Assembly: GCA_017303715.1 (NCBI GenBank)
Contig: JAFLBZ010000005.1
Coordinates: 128,511-192,510, forward strand
Length of the DNA: 64,000 nucleotides
DNA from: Rhodothermia bacterium
GTDB lineage: Bacteria; Bacteroidota; Rhodothermia; Rhodothermales; UBA2364
Direction: 5' to 3'
Part shown: positions 51,098 through 61,188 of the stretch, piece after piece
Position numbering within the stretch: the first letter of the stretch is position 1
How the letters are laid out: every line of letters starts with the position of its first letter
The notes under the pieces: generated by a model
What the model saw: only the letters and a program-made list of their open reading frames with translations
Told to the model about the DNA's origin: nothing
Databases searched by the model: none
Translations under genes and position numbers: made by a program

Positions 51098-52750
51098 TCA
51101 CTTCCTTGCTGCTTCAAATTCTGCACCGCGTTTCCACTTTGGCCAAGAACCGTTCATAGCCAAAGTATAGCCCAGCCTCAAGCAAACACGCATTTGCTGT
51201 ACCAAACCTCCCATTGGCCAAGTCGGATCAAATTCGTCTGCGGGTTGGTGGTAGCGCAAAGCCGTGTAAGCGGCTTCCATTTCTTGTGCATATCCGGCTG
51301 GCTTGCCGATAAATTGTTTTCCGCTATTTAGGAAAAAGGCTGGAACGCCCATTCGTGCAAAAGACAGTTGATCACTCCGGAAAAACAAACCGGCATTCGG
51401 ATTTGGATCTGGCGAAACGGTCATGCCCTCCGCAAATGCGGCTTTTCGTAACAAATGCAGCATGTCACTGGTTTCCGCACCAATCCCAGAGAGGTCTTTT
51501 GTGCGTCCATGTACGTTCCCTGAGTCCACATTCAGGTTTGCCACAATCTTATTCATTGGAAACGTGGGATGCGAGGCATAATACGCCGATCCCAACAACC
51601 CTGATTCTTCAGCAGTAACCGAAAGAAATAAGATAGAGCGTTTGGGCGCAATAGCCGCATTTTTCAAAGCCGTAGCCATCGTTATCATCATGGCTACACC
51701 AGAGGCATTGTCCACCGCACCGTTATAAATCATATCGCCATGTTTATCGGGTTTTCCAACGCCCAAATGGTCGTGATGCGACGTAAAAAGAATGGCCTCG
51801 TCTGGTTTCTCGGTTCCCGGAAGGACACCAATAACATTGCTTCCGGAAAAATAGCGTAAAGCATATTTCATCTCCGCCGAGACCGTCACGGGTAAGACAC
51901 GTGGTTTAAAGTTCCGATCCGCCGCTTCAACAAACCATTCCTCCAATGTAGAACCACTGGCTACAGCCAACTTCTCCGCCATTTCCTGCGAAATCCAAGA
52001 TTTTAGTTCGAGCGGATTGGCCGGAGGTGTGGCAAATTGAATTTGTTCTCTGGCAGCGCCATTACCAACTACCGCAAAAGGATAACTTGCAGTTGGTGTG
52101 GTATGAATCAATAAAATACCTTTTGCGCCTTTTCTCCGCGCTTCCTCTTGCTTATACGTCCAGCGACCAAAATAGGTGAGCGTGTCACCTTTAAACCGAG
52201 TGGGTTCGTTATCGGTGGGTGGTGGATCGTTGACGAATGAAACAACAATTTTACCACGAACATCTAACCCTTTGTAATCATCCCAATTGCTGCCCGGAGC
52301 AACAATACCATAACCCACAAAAACAAGTTCGGCATTAGTTTTTACCGACTCCGCCGCAAGGTCTGTCGAAGCTGTAAAGCCAGTTCCGAAGTCACCGGAG
52401 AAGGTTCCATTTGCTCCCGAAAACGTTAGGGGTTTTACAACCGAGGGTGTAGATCCGAGCAGCGGGACTTCTTGAAACCACGAGCCATCTTTTCCGCCCG
52501 GCGTCAAGCCAGCCGCCTTAAATTGTTCCGAGATGTAATTTACTGCCCGCTTCTCGCCGTCTGTTCCCGTTCCGCGCCCTTCCATCATATCGTGGCTAAG
52601 CGTTCTTAGGTGTTTACGCACCGTTACAGAATCAATGCCCTTTAAGAAATCTACATTATAGACAGTTGTCTCGGTTTCTACGGATACCTTCGGGCCAGAA
52701 GAACATGCAGCAAACCATAAACCGATCCATAAGACGAGTGCTTTTTTCAT
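51098..52750 (-). CDS. M28 family metallopeptidase (aminopeptidase) with a PA domain; lipoprotein
   Basis: The lipobox is LWFAACS. The motifs are MEGRGTGTDGEKRA, FTSHHDHLG, NGAVDNASG and SVTAEESGLLGS. Confidence 0.85.
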   Translation of the reverse strand: MKKALVLWIGLWFAACSSGPKVSVETETTVYNVDFLKGIDSVTVRKHLRTLSHDMMEGRGTGTDGEKRAVNYISEQFKAAGLTPGGKDGSWFQEVPLLGSTPSVVKPLTFSGANGTFSGDFGTGFTASTDLAAESVKTNAELVFVGYGIVAPGSNWDDYKGLDVRGKIVVSFVNDPPPTDNEPTRFKGDTLTYFGRWTYKQEEARRKGAKGILLIHTTPTASYPFAVVGNGAAREQIQFATPPANPLELKSWISQEMAEKLAVASGSTLEEWFVEAADRNFKPRVLPVTVSAEMKYALRYFSGSNVIGVLPGTEKPDEAILFTSHHDHLGVGKPDKHGDMIYNGAVDNASGVAMMITMATALKNAAIAPKRSILFLSVTAEESGLLGSAYYASHPTFPMNKIVANLNVDSGNVHGRTKDLSGIGAETSDMLHLLRKAAFAEGMTVSPDPNPNAGLFFRSDQLSFARMGVPAFFLNSGKQFIGKPAGYAQEMEAAYTALRYHQPADEFDPTWPMGGLVQQMRVCLRLGYTLAMNGSWPKWKRGAEFEAARK

Positions 52751-53574
52751 GCGATTATGTGTTTATTTGGTTGAATCAAGGAATATACCGTGTTCCATAA
52801 AACAGATCAAGGGAAGTGCGAAGTTTAAAAAGCAGTCCTAAGGATCACGAATTGCGTATTGCGCGAGGTCACTTTGGGATCACCTCTATCTTATAGAATG
52901 ATGTGTTGTTCAATAATGGCAAGGCGACCCTTAGGAAAATCCACCGGATAACCCAGCCAACATGCTTGGCTACTTTCAGTGAACATGCTTGGCTTTGGCT
53001 ACGATCAACTAGTTTTCCCTCGTCATATAAAGATGCCACTCCTACGGGGCTTTGTTGTACATTAAAATGTTGAACAAGCCCTTGTAATACTATGATTTAT
53101 GTAATCCCGTAAGTTCTGACATGACGCTCTTGAGGCCGGAACTGGCTTTTGCAGGCTTCCACTTGATTAACACATAATACACGTTAAATCATTACTATCT
53201 TTTTAAGTTAATGGATGGCTAATACAATTTTTTTGATGTTGGATTTATCTTTCCACCCAAGTTCACTGAAAAGAGCATTTTTGCGAGAACAAAATTAAAT
53301 TAAAAAAATCATATTCTCGAAAAATAAAATCAAATAACCTATTGCTTTCTTATTTCCAAATGTTGTATAATGCCGGAGTTAAACGTAATAGACCCAAAAG
53401 ATCATGCCCAACAAGCGCAGTCCATATACCAAACGAATCATGTCAATGAACCTAAAAGGGATCATGGTCACGTCTGTACGGTTTTTGGGCAACGATCTAA
53501 AGATTGGTTCTAAGGGCTTAAACCTACCTAGATTACGAAGGTATTAACCGGAAATAATCTACTATAAGTGCAAG

Positions 53575-53601
53575 CCCGCTCTAACCGAGACGGGTTTTTT
53601 T
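53575..53601 (+). terminator. Orphan rho-independent-type terminator in a 1.4-kb non-coding stretch
   Basis: cccgctc-taacc-gagacggg is followed by ttttttt. No convincing ORF lies upstream. Confidence 0.5.
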
Positions 53602-53772
53602 GTACCAACAATAAACCAAATAACACATGCACGACATTGCGGCAAGTTCCATACATTGGGGTATGGACAAAAGCCAATATTTATCATACAAAGATATTGC
53701 ATCGCATTTATTTTTTGGAAGGATATATTTTCGATCCTGACAGGTATTTTATTATCTGAATTATCGAATTAA

Positions 53773-53804
53773 CCCGGCCTTCCAAAAGAGATGTCGGGTT
53801 TTTT
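53773..53804 (+). terminator. Second orphan terminator-like hairpin
   Basis: cccggc-N14-gtcggg is followed by tttttt. Confidence 0.45.
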
Positions 53805-54158
53805 ATTTCTATGAACAGCAACCTTAAACGCCAAATATCATGCGACACAATATAAACTCTCGTCTCCAAGACAACGTGCGGAACCACAAAGAGGAATAGA
53901 TCGCCCAGCAGGATCCTAAGTCATTGGTGCAATTGGCTCTATGCTATCGAAAAATGTACCTCCGCACTTTCGATGATCGAGGAAATTGAGTAATAGCCTG
54001 AAAGAAACGAGCGGAAACAGGTATAAATACTTTTTTTTCGACTTAACACCAGATTTACACAACTTTTTTCATTGGAGAAAACAATGAACTCACAGCGCAC
54101 AACTATGACAAGAAACCTAATTCTTCTTCATTCAACATGCAAAAATCAATAGAAAACC

Positions 54159-55463
54159 ATGAGTGCCCCAAACAGATACCGGGCAAAGTACAACACGAGG
54201 GGTCGCGCCCGCCGCCAGAAAGTGGCTAACAAGCGATTGGCCCGACTTGCCCAACAACAATCAGATTGCGAAATAGACTTGGCTTTACGTCGCTCCGGTG
54301 GACTTTTGAATAAGACGATGCTCCATCATTTAGCACGCGGTAAGGCAAAAACACTGGCCTATGATCACCCTCTTTTTGTTCTGAATGAGGTAGATTTATC
54401 TCGAAAGTCTTGGCAAAAAGCCACTCATTTGTTGGGTATTTTGTTGTCTAAAGGCATCAAACCGCTGTTAACGCCCGAATTTATCGTGGCCATCTGTAGA
54501 GTGGCGCCCTTGAAACAACGTCGTGATCCCAATTTATGGAAGCCTCGCGAAAAGAGTGCATGGAAGTTGTTTACGTCGTTTATTCGGCATACGTTTGTGC
54601 AATACGATGTGCCCGAATCCTTTTACAACCTTCTGTATTTTCATCAAACAATAGCGTTGGATGTGGTCTTAACCTTGTTTGATACGGCAGCCAAAGGAGA
54701 GAGTATCGCCAATTTGGGTTTGAAAGGCATTGGTGGCGTATATCTTACGCGCCAAATGAGTCACCAACTCATAAACTTACGCTTTTCTAACCTTTGGGAG
54801 GCATTGCGCTATGTGCAAATTACTGGGCAAGGCGGCTCACACCAATTGGCGAGTACACTTTGTCGAAAATTTGTGCTGCATCAGGCATTTGTTTTCGAAG
54901 CAAAAATGGTGCGCATGTTGGGCTTCTTTGCCCGACAAACCACCGACGATGTGGAACAGTTGGAAAAAATCCTGATATGGCTTCTGGAATGCTTTCCAGA
55001 TGGGAATGTACCAGACCTTCACCGACGCAGCATCGCATCCCTTCAGCGGGAAATGGATCAATTCCGCCACGACGCACTTTTGGCGAAAAATGCAACGGTG
55101 GTAGCCTACCAACCTTCTGGTTGTAAACCCGCAACTTTTCTTGAAGTTGGCGAAGGTGGTTTGCTCCTGAATACGTTTGAATTGGTCGAGATTAGTGGGG
55201 ACAAACAACTTTTGGCCGAAGGTCGTGCGATGAAAAATTGCGTTTTCACGTATCGGGGCGATGTGCTAAGGGGTGAGGCTTCCATTTGGAGTCTTCGTAA
55301 GAACGGAATTCGCCTTGCCACCATAGAGGTGGCTAACCCACTAAAGGTTTTGATGCAGGTTAAACGCAAGTGTAATGCTCCAGCCGACGAAGAAACCAAA
55401 AAGTATGTTTTGAAATGGGCAGAACACGAATGTTTGGCAGTCTCCAACTTTGTTTGGTTTTAA
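54159..55463 (+). CDS. PcfJ-like protein
   Basis: The C-terminal block LLAEGRAMKNCVFTYRGDVLRGEASIWSLRKNGIRLATIEV..LMQVKRKCNAP matches the PcfJ domain pattern, a family usually found on plasmids and ICEs. Confidence 0.6.
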   Translation: MSAPNRYRAKYNTRGRARRQKVANKRLARLAQQQSDCEIDLALRRSGGLLNKTMLHHLARGKAKTLAYDHPLFVLNEVDLSRKSWQKATHLLGILLSKGIKPLLTPEFIVAICRVAPLKQRRDPNLWKPREKSAWKLFTSFIRHTFVQYDVPESFYNLLYFHQTIALDVVLTLFDTAAKGESIANLGLKGIGGVYLTRQMSHQLINLRFSNLWEALRYVQITGQGGSHQLASTLCRKFVLHQAFVFEAKMVRMLGFFARQTTDDVEQLEKILIWLLECFPDGNVPDLHRRSIASLQREMDQFRHDALLAKNATVVAYQPSGCKPATFLEVGEGGLLLNTFELVEISGDKQLLAEGRAMKNCVFTYRGDVLRGEASIWSLRKNGIRLATIEVANPLKVLMQVKRKCNAPADEETKKYVLKWAEHECLAVSNFVWF

Positions 55464-55583
55464 TGCGGGCATTAATCAAGGTAAGAGAGGGTGTATTCCA
55501 AAAATATGCCCTCCTTTTTAACCTTAGTACATGTTCGAATCGAGAAATGCAACGTTAAAGTTTTACACATCTTACTGGTAAAA

Positions 55584-56198
55584 CTAAGCCAATCGTTCGA
55601 GTTCTGCAATCCATTTATCAATAGCAGCAATATCGCCATGTTCAATGTGGTCAATCAACTTAGAAATTTGGCTTTTGGTATCGGCTAAGTTGTCTTCTAA
55701 GGCAGTATAAGGCACACCGCGTAAGAAACCTTCGCCTTCTAAGCCTGCAACTTTAGCAACATAGTTGCTTGAAATACCTTCTAAGTAATTTTGAACATCT
55801 CTAAGTTTAGCTTTTAAGCCTTCTAATATCACAATCTGTTGCCCAAATGAATTTGCCATAATAGTTTCATTTTTTGCTGTTTGAGTTTGAGAATTTGGGG
55901 TTGTTTGTCGTGTTTCGTAGCTACCTTTTGCTTTTTCTGAATCTTTGGCGTTACTTTCCTCTTGATTTTGGGAGCTTGGGGCTTCTCGTTGCTCTTTGTA
56001 GATACCATTTGCTTTTTCTAAGCCTTTGGTATAACCTTGTTCGTATCCATTGTGGTACTCGCTCATTAAATGGTCGCCACCGGGGAATAGGGATTGGAAA
56101 AAGGTTTTGAGGTCAGGCAAAAGGCGCTTGCCTTGATTTGATGTTGCATCTTGAACGCCTTGTTCAAAGCCTGTTTTATAGGAATCTGTTCCAAACAT
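55584..56198 (-). CDS. Hypothetical protein with a low-complexity centre and helical C-terminus
   Basis: This is a 204-aa ORF with no recognisable motif. It overlaps the tail of the HNH open frame. Confidence 0.4.
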   Translation of the reverse strand: MFGTDSYKTGFEQGVQDATSNQGKRLLPDLKTFFQSLFPGGDHLMSEYHNGYEQGYTKGLEKANGIYKEQREAPSSQNQEESNAKDSEKAKGSYETRQTTPNSQTQTAKNETIMANSFGQQIVILEGLKAKLRDVQNYLEGISSNYVAKVAGLEGEGFLRGVPYTALEDNLADTKSQISKLIDHIEHGDIAAIDKWIAELERLA

Positions 56199-56542
56199 TT
56201 TGGTTTCTTTTGGGGTTTCCTTGGTTTTTTTCTGCCGTAAAGGTAAATATATTCATCTTCTTCTAAGACATAACCTTTTGTATTGCCTTCTACATGGGCA
56301 TCAGTTCTATGGCAATCTTCACATAGTGCAACACAATTATCTAAGCTGTTGTCTTTGCTTACTGAAACTGGATTGATGTGGTGAAACTCAATAAGCACGT
56401 CTGCTCTCTCGAAATTTGCACCACATAAACCACAACGTCCTTTTTGTCTGCCAACGGCAAAGTTTTTGGTTATTTCTGAAAATCCTATATCTTCTATGCC
56501 GTTTCTAAGCCAAAGGCTTCTTCTGGTAAAAGTTCTATACGT
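56066..56542 (-). pseudogene. HNH endonuclease domain ORF lacking a plausible start codon
   Basis: The frame is open from 56542. It encodes GRCGLCGANFERADVLIEFHHINPVSVSKDNSLDNCVALCEDCHR, a CxxC..HH..N..CxxCH HNH motif. The first start-like codon is the GTG at 56398, inside the motif. Confidence 0.55.
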
Positions 56543-56747
56543 TTAATCTCTATCCCGATGGCTTCGCAACCTTCCAAGGCTATTTTGAGCGCTTGGTCTA
56601 AGGAATGCGCCTCTAAGTCGAAATGAATGGAAGCAACTTCATTGCTCATGCTGGGCAAAGCATCGCCCTAGAATTGTGGAAACAGTTGCTCTGCTAAGGC
56701 TGGCAAGTTGGGCAAAGTGGCTAAAATAAAGCGAAAACTATATGTAT

Positions 56748-56997
56748 TCATGACTTTTCCTCTAATTGGGAATGTGGACAATCTGCAATAAGCCGCAAGA
56801 TGCGCTTTGCGTGGTTCTCTGGATTTCTTGGCGTAGAATATACGGTAATGATGCACCCGCTTCCTGATGCTTCTGTGCAATATAAAAAGCCCCACACATG
56901 CGCTTGACCACCTGCTTTTTCTACACGCCAACCCAAAGATACGGCGTATTTGAGGGCTTTGCCTATTTCTTTATTGGGGTACTTCGTGAGTGGTCAT
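56748..56997 (-). pseudogene. Small Cys-containing protein gene disrupted by a 1-nt frameshift in a C4/G4 run
   Basis: The frame starting at the ATG at 56997 reads MTTHEVPQ*. Shifting one base in gggg (56976-56979) continues as PNKEIGKALKYAVSLGWRVEKAGGQAHVWGFLYC..VYSTPRNPENHAKRI. Confidence 0.5.
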
Positions 56998-57072
56998 GGG
57001 TAATAAATTGGCTTTTTTCAAACTGCGTTTGGTTGTTTCCGAAAATCCCATATCTTTCCAGATAAAAGTGCT

Positions 57073-57471
57073 TTATTTGTTTTTTAAAATGGGAACATTG
57101 TACCGATGAATATTGGTGTCATCTGTAATCAAGGTTAATTGTTCCGTCTGGGCTTGAATAATTAACATACGGTCAAATGGGTCTCGATGATGGTTCTCCA
57201 ACATTTTCAAGGCAAATAAGTGGTTTTTTTTAATCGGGAGCAAATGAAAGGCATTTTGGTTCACTTCATCTTGGATCATGGATTCGATAGTATCTTCTCC
57301 CAATAGGGGTAATTTTCCTAAATTGGTTTTGATTTCCAATTCCCAAATGGAGGCAAAACTAATGAAGATCACGGATTCTTCTAATGAAATCATGCGTTTT
57401 ATCGAATCCGAAAGTTTGGTATCGTCATAGCGCCACCAAAGTAAGATGTGTGTATCAAGCAAATACTTCAT
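57073..57471 (-). CDS. vapC: Type II toxin, PIN-domain ribonuclease VapC
   Basis: MKYLLDTHILLWW, SFASIWELEIK, HRDPFDRMLIIQA and LITDD are present. The length is 132 aa and there is a 4-nt overlap with the upstream antitoxin. Confidence 0.85.
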   Translation of the reverse strand: MKYLLDTHILLWWRYDDTKLSDSIKRMISLEESVIFISFASIWELEIKTNLGKLPLLGEDTIESMIQDEVNQNAFHLLPIKKNHLFALKMLENHHRDPFDRMLIIQAQTEQLTLITDDTNIHRYNVPILKNK

Positions 57472-57698
57472 ACCAAATCATCCTCTCTTGACCAAAACGA
57501 ATTTGGCAATTCATCATTAAAGTTTTCTGGAATCACAACGCCTTTACCCATACCTAAACCCGACCTGCGTTTAGCGTGTACTTTTGCAATAGGTGGTTGC
57601 TCGATGAGGGGAGCGACTTTTAGCCAATCCTTATAACTTAACACAACCCAAAGCGGTTGATTGTTCTCATCTACGATAAATTGCTTTTCAATAGTCAT
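57468..57698 (-). CDS. Type II antitoxin partner of VapC
   Basis: This is a 76-aa ORF overlapping the vapC start. The C-terminal GLGMGKGVVIPENFNDELPNSFW resembles the tail typical of antitoxins paired with this VapC subfamily. Confidence 0.7.
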   Translation of the reverse strand: MTIEKQFIVDENNQPLWVVLSYKDWLKVAPLIEQPPIAKVHAKRRSGLGMGKGVVIPENFNDELPNSFWSREDDLV

Positions 57699-58135
57699 AT
57701 TGTTTGTTTGTTTAGCTTTCTTGCTTTTTCTATACCCGAACCCAAAGTGATGGCTTTGCCTATTTCGTTATTGGGGGTGCTTTATAATAAAAAAATGGAG
57801 ACTCTTGTCTTGATGTTTTTAGATAAATTCTCTCTATTCATATAAGGCAAGGTTTTTCAAAAGTATCCACCCACTCGTTTTATTTTCTGTTTCGGGGTGT
57901 ATATATTCCACATATGCAAAACCACAAGACACTTCTGTAGGTTCAACTAGGTCGCCTTCAACTAAAAAAGCATCAGTGCGTGTTGAAAAAGAAGGCTCTT
58001 CAAAAAAAGAGGTTTGCTTTTTAACAAAATATGTCCCCGAAATGCTTTCTGTCTTCCAAGCACTAGAAAATTTAATCTGTTCACGATCCCAAAACTTGAT
58101 TTGAAAACCTTCATTCGAAGGTATCCATTTTAAAC

Positions 58136-59727
58136 TTAATCTTTGTATCCATGCGGTTTTTGCATCAGCGTTTGTAATCGGGTTTTCAGTTCATTGGCAG
58201 GCAAATAATCCATTTTAACTTTGGTATTAGCAGAAGGTTGCCCCAATTGGGTATTGATTATGGCATGATATGGCTCAAGGTTTAAAGGCGCATCGTTTTC
58301 AGTTCCCATCAACTTGCGGCAATCCATTGAGTTGGCTAAGGTAAACGCCATGCGTAATTTAAGTTGGTCTTTGCTGTCATCGTCTATATCCACCCCTTTA
58401 AAAGATTGAGAACTCAGCAACAAATGAATACCAAATGCTGCGCCTCGTCTTACCAAATCATTCACCACTTTGTTCATCTCTATCTTGGTTTGGCGGTCGG
58501 TAAACAGTACTTGTACTTCATCAATAATAACAAAAATACGCGGCAAAACGGCATTGGTTTGCCCAAACTGCCTTGCCATCTTGTTAAACTCATTTATCCG
58601 TTTTGCGCCTACTTCTATAAATTGTTTGGCACGTTGCGCTAATTCGGTTTGCAGGTGCTGTTAAGCATGAACGCCAACCATTTTATCCGAGCCACCGCCA
58701 TCAATCAGCGTTTGTACGTTGGGGTGTTGCTTAAAATGTATAAATTCAACGCCTTCTTTAAAATCCATCAATCAAAGCCGAATTTCATTTGGAGCGTATT
58801 TTTCGCCTATCTGCAAAATGAGGTTGTTTAAAAAAGTAGATTTCCCTGATTGGCTAACGCCGCCAAGCAATCCGCCATAAACTTTGGTCGTATCGCCCAT
58901 CGCAAAATACTGTGTTTCTCTGCCTTTTGTGCCAATTGGGATTTCTAAGAAATTGGGTTCTTGGTTTCGGTTTTGTTGCAAAGGTACTTTAAGCCGTTCG
59001 ATCTGCGCGAGCAATGCTTCTTTCTTTACTTCGGTTGGTTTAAAGCCAAAATGTTGTATGCCTTCCGTAAGTGGCTGTGGGATATTGAAAGGTTGTCCAT
59101 TTTGTAGCAGTGGCGTTTGCTCAAATCTGATAAAAGGCTTTCGGTGTTGGTTGCTATATATTCAGGATTTTTATGAAGCAACGTAAACACGCCTGCTTTA
59201 CTTCCATGCGCCACAATTTCGGCAATGTCTTTGTCTTGGCTTTCGGTAAATCCTTTGGGATAATTTGCCATCAACACCCAATAATAAGGTTCGGGTTGCG
59301 TATCAGACGCATTAAATTCCTGCAAGGAGTGATAACGAGCGCCTAATATGTTGTCATTTACCTCTCGGATATGGTTTTTTAATGCCGCTACGCCTGCTTT
59401 AATCTGTTCTTCGGTATGAAAAAACTGTACCACATCGGTATCTTTCAGTTCCTTCAAAAATTTGAAATGGTTGGCAAGTCCATCATCAAAAACTCGAATT
59501 TTTATCTGATTTGGGAATTGGATAAGGCTTTTTAAGACCATTTCCTGCATTTGCAAAAAAGGGAAATCTTCTCCTTTAAACAAAATGCCTTTATTGGGCG
59601 AAAGCAAGACGGGAAGGTCTATTCTTTCAAATGTGCCTATTTGCACCGTTTCGGGGAAACTTGCTTTTATGATTTGATGTTTCATAGCAATGACCGCACT
59701 TTTTAACAAAAAAAGTTCAAAATTCAA
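58136..59727 (-). pseudogene. FtsK/SpoIIIE-family ATPase gene, disrupted by one frameshift and two in-frame stops
   Basis: Walker A is GGVSQSGKST (ORF 58772..59014). Walker B is RIFVIIDEVQ (ORF 58136..58579). These two ORFs and the stretch between them share one frame, interrupted by TGA (58774-58772) and TAA (58663-58661). The N-terminal ORF 59026..59727 is in a different frame. Confidence 0.7.
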
Positions 59728-59839
59728 GTTATTCTTTTACATTGCTCAAGACAAAAAAGGAGGCATCTACCATCAAAGATACCTCCTTTAGCTATATAAT
59801 TGATTCGTTCCTTTGTATTTTCAACACCTCTTCAAATCA

Positions 59840-61138
59840 TCACAGCAACAACAGTTGTGGTTCTTCCAGATACTGTTTTACTTCTGAGAGGAAGGCCGCG
59901 CCAACGGCTCCATCTACCACACGGTGATCACAAGAGAGGCTCAACGCCATACGTTTACCCGGAACCACCGTTCCATCTTTCACCACAGGTACATCCCGAA
60001 TGGTTCCGATGGCCAAAATTGCGGCATTAGGTGGATTAATAATAGCCGTAAACCGTTCTATGCCAAACATCCCCAGATTGCTGGTGGTGAAGGTAGAGCC
60101 TTCCCATTCTGTGGGTTCGAGGGTTCGGGCGCGGGCACGACCAGCAAATTCCTGCGTTTCGGCAGCGATTTGCGACAAGCCCTTTTGGTCGGCATTGCGG
60201 ATAACGGGCGTAACCAAGCCTTCGTCAACAGCCACGGCAATGGCGACATTCACGTAATCGTATTGGCGGATTTCCCCTTCGGACTCCAAGTAAGAAGCAT
60301 TCACCATTGGATGGTGGCGTAAAGCAACCGCACAAGCCTTGGTGACCAAATCGTTATAGGAGATTTTTGACAATTTCCGCGACTCGGCCAATTTATTCAT
60401 CTCGGTACGGAAGGCAATGGCACGCTCCATATCGGCATCCACCTGCAAATAAAAATGCGGGGAGGTGAACTTGCTCTCTGCCAATCGCCTTGCAATTGTG
60501 CGGCGCATGGGCGTGATTTTTAGCGACTTATACGCCCCAATTCCTAATGCCGGAGCCGCTTTTGGTGCGGGTGTAGTTGCGGGTAATGGTGCAACGGGTT
60601 GTATTGCTCTTGTTGCAGGTGCTGGAACCGTAGCGGGTGTTGTAACTGCACCAACGTGTTCTACATCACGCTTTACGATGCGGCCTTCCGGACCACTTCC
60701 GGCAATACCCGATAGCGAAACGCCTTTTTCTTCTGCAATTTTACGAGCCAAAGGTGAGGCCTTTATCCGTCCATCATCGTTTGAAGATACAACTGAAGGC
60801 ATTTCCTGTGTAGTATTTGCGTCCTCCACCACTGGAGCGGCTGTAGATTCTACACCATTCGATTGCCCATATTTGGCCAAGATTGCAGAAAAGTCCTCAT
60901 TTTCTTTTCCGAGAACAGCAATTAGGCCACCAATGGGAACCGACTCCCCTTCCCCTATCATCCGTTTGAGCAAAACACCATCGTCATAAACTTCAAGATC
61001 CATGGTTGCCTTGTCCGTCTCCACTTGGGCCACAACATCGCCAGATTTCACCTTTGCACCTTCTTCCACCAACCAAGCGACCAAGAGACCTTCCTCCATT
61101 GTGTCGCTCATTTTGGGCATTTCAACCGCAATAGCCAT
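59840..61138 (-). CDS. pdhC: Pyruvate dehydrogenase complex E2, dihydrolipoyllysine-residue acetyltransferase
   Basis: The lipoyl motif VETDKATMDLE, the E3/E1-binding segment ASPLARKIAEEKGV and the catalytic SCDHRVVDGA are present. Confidence 0.9.
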   Translation of the reverse strand: MAIAVEMPKMSDTMEEGLLVAWLVEEGAKVKSGDVVAQVETDKATMDLEVYDDGVLLKRMIGEGESVPIGGLIAVLGKENEDFSAILAKYGQSNGVESTAAPVVEDANTTQEMPSVVSSNDDGRIKASPLARKIAEEKGVSLSGIAGSGPEGRIVKRDVEHVGAVTTPATVPAPATRAIQPVAPLPATTPAPKAAPALGIGAYKSLKITPMRRTIARRLAESKFTSPHFYLQVDADMERAIAFRTEMNKLAESRKLSKISYNDLVTKACAVALRHHPMVNASYLESEGEIRQYDYVNVAIAVAVDEGLVTPVIRNADQKGLSQIAAETQEFAGRARARTLEPTEWEGSTFTTSNLGMFGIERFTAIINPPNAAILAIGTIRDVPVVKDGTVVPGKRMALSLSCDHRVVDGAVGAAFLSEVKQYLEEPQLLLL

Positions 61139-61188
61139 AAGATTAATTTTTTTGGGGTTAGCAATATTATAAATAGCAGGGATTAACC

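Noticed and set aside
53404-53759. Short ORFs in the 52.8-54.1 kb gap (39 codons from the ATG at 53404; the 63-aa ORF 53568..53759)
   Set aside because: There is no RBS and no recognisable motif, and the 63-aa ORF reads straight through a terminator hairpin. I keep the interval only as a possible sRNA or junction region.
52751-54158. tRNA or tmRNA gene as an integration target at the island boundary
   Set aside because: No T-arm-like GGTTCGAATCC-type sequence or acceptor/CCA arrangement was seen by eye here or elsewhere in the window. This cannot be excluded without tRNAscan/ARAGORN.
58661-58774. In-frame TGA and TAA in the FtsK-like gene as programmed recoding (selenocysteine or readthrough)
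   Set aside because: Two different stop codons plus a separate frameshift sit in a region full of other broken genes, and no SECIS-like context is evident. Pseudogenisation is the simpler explanation.
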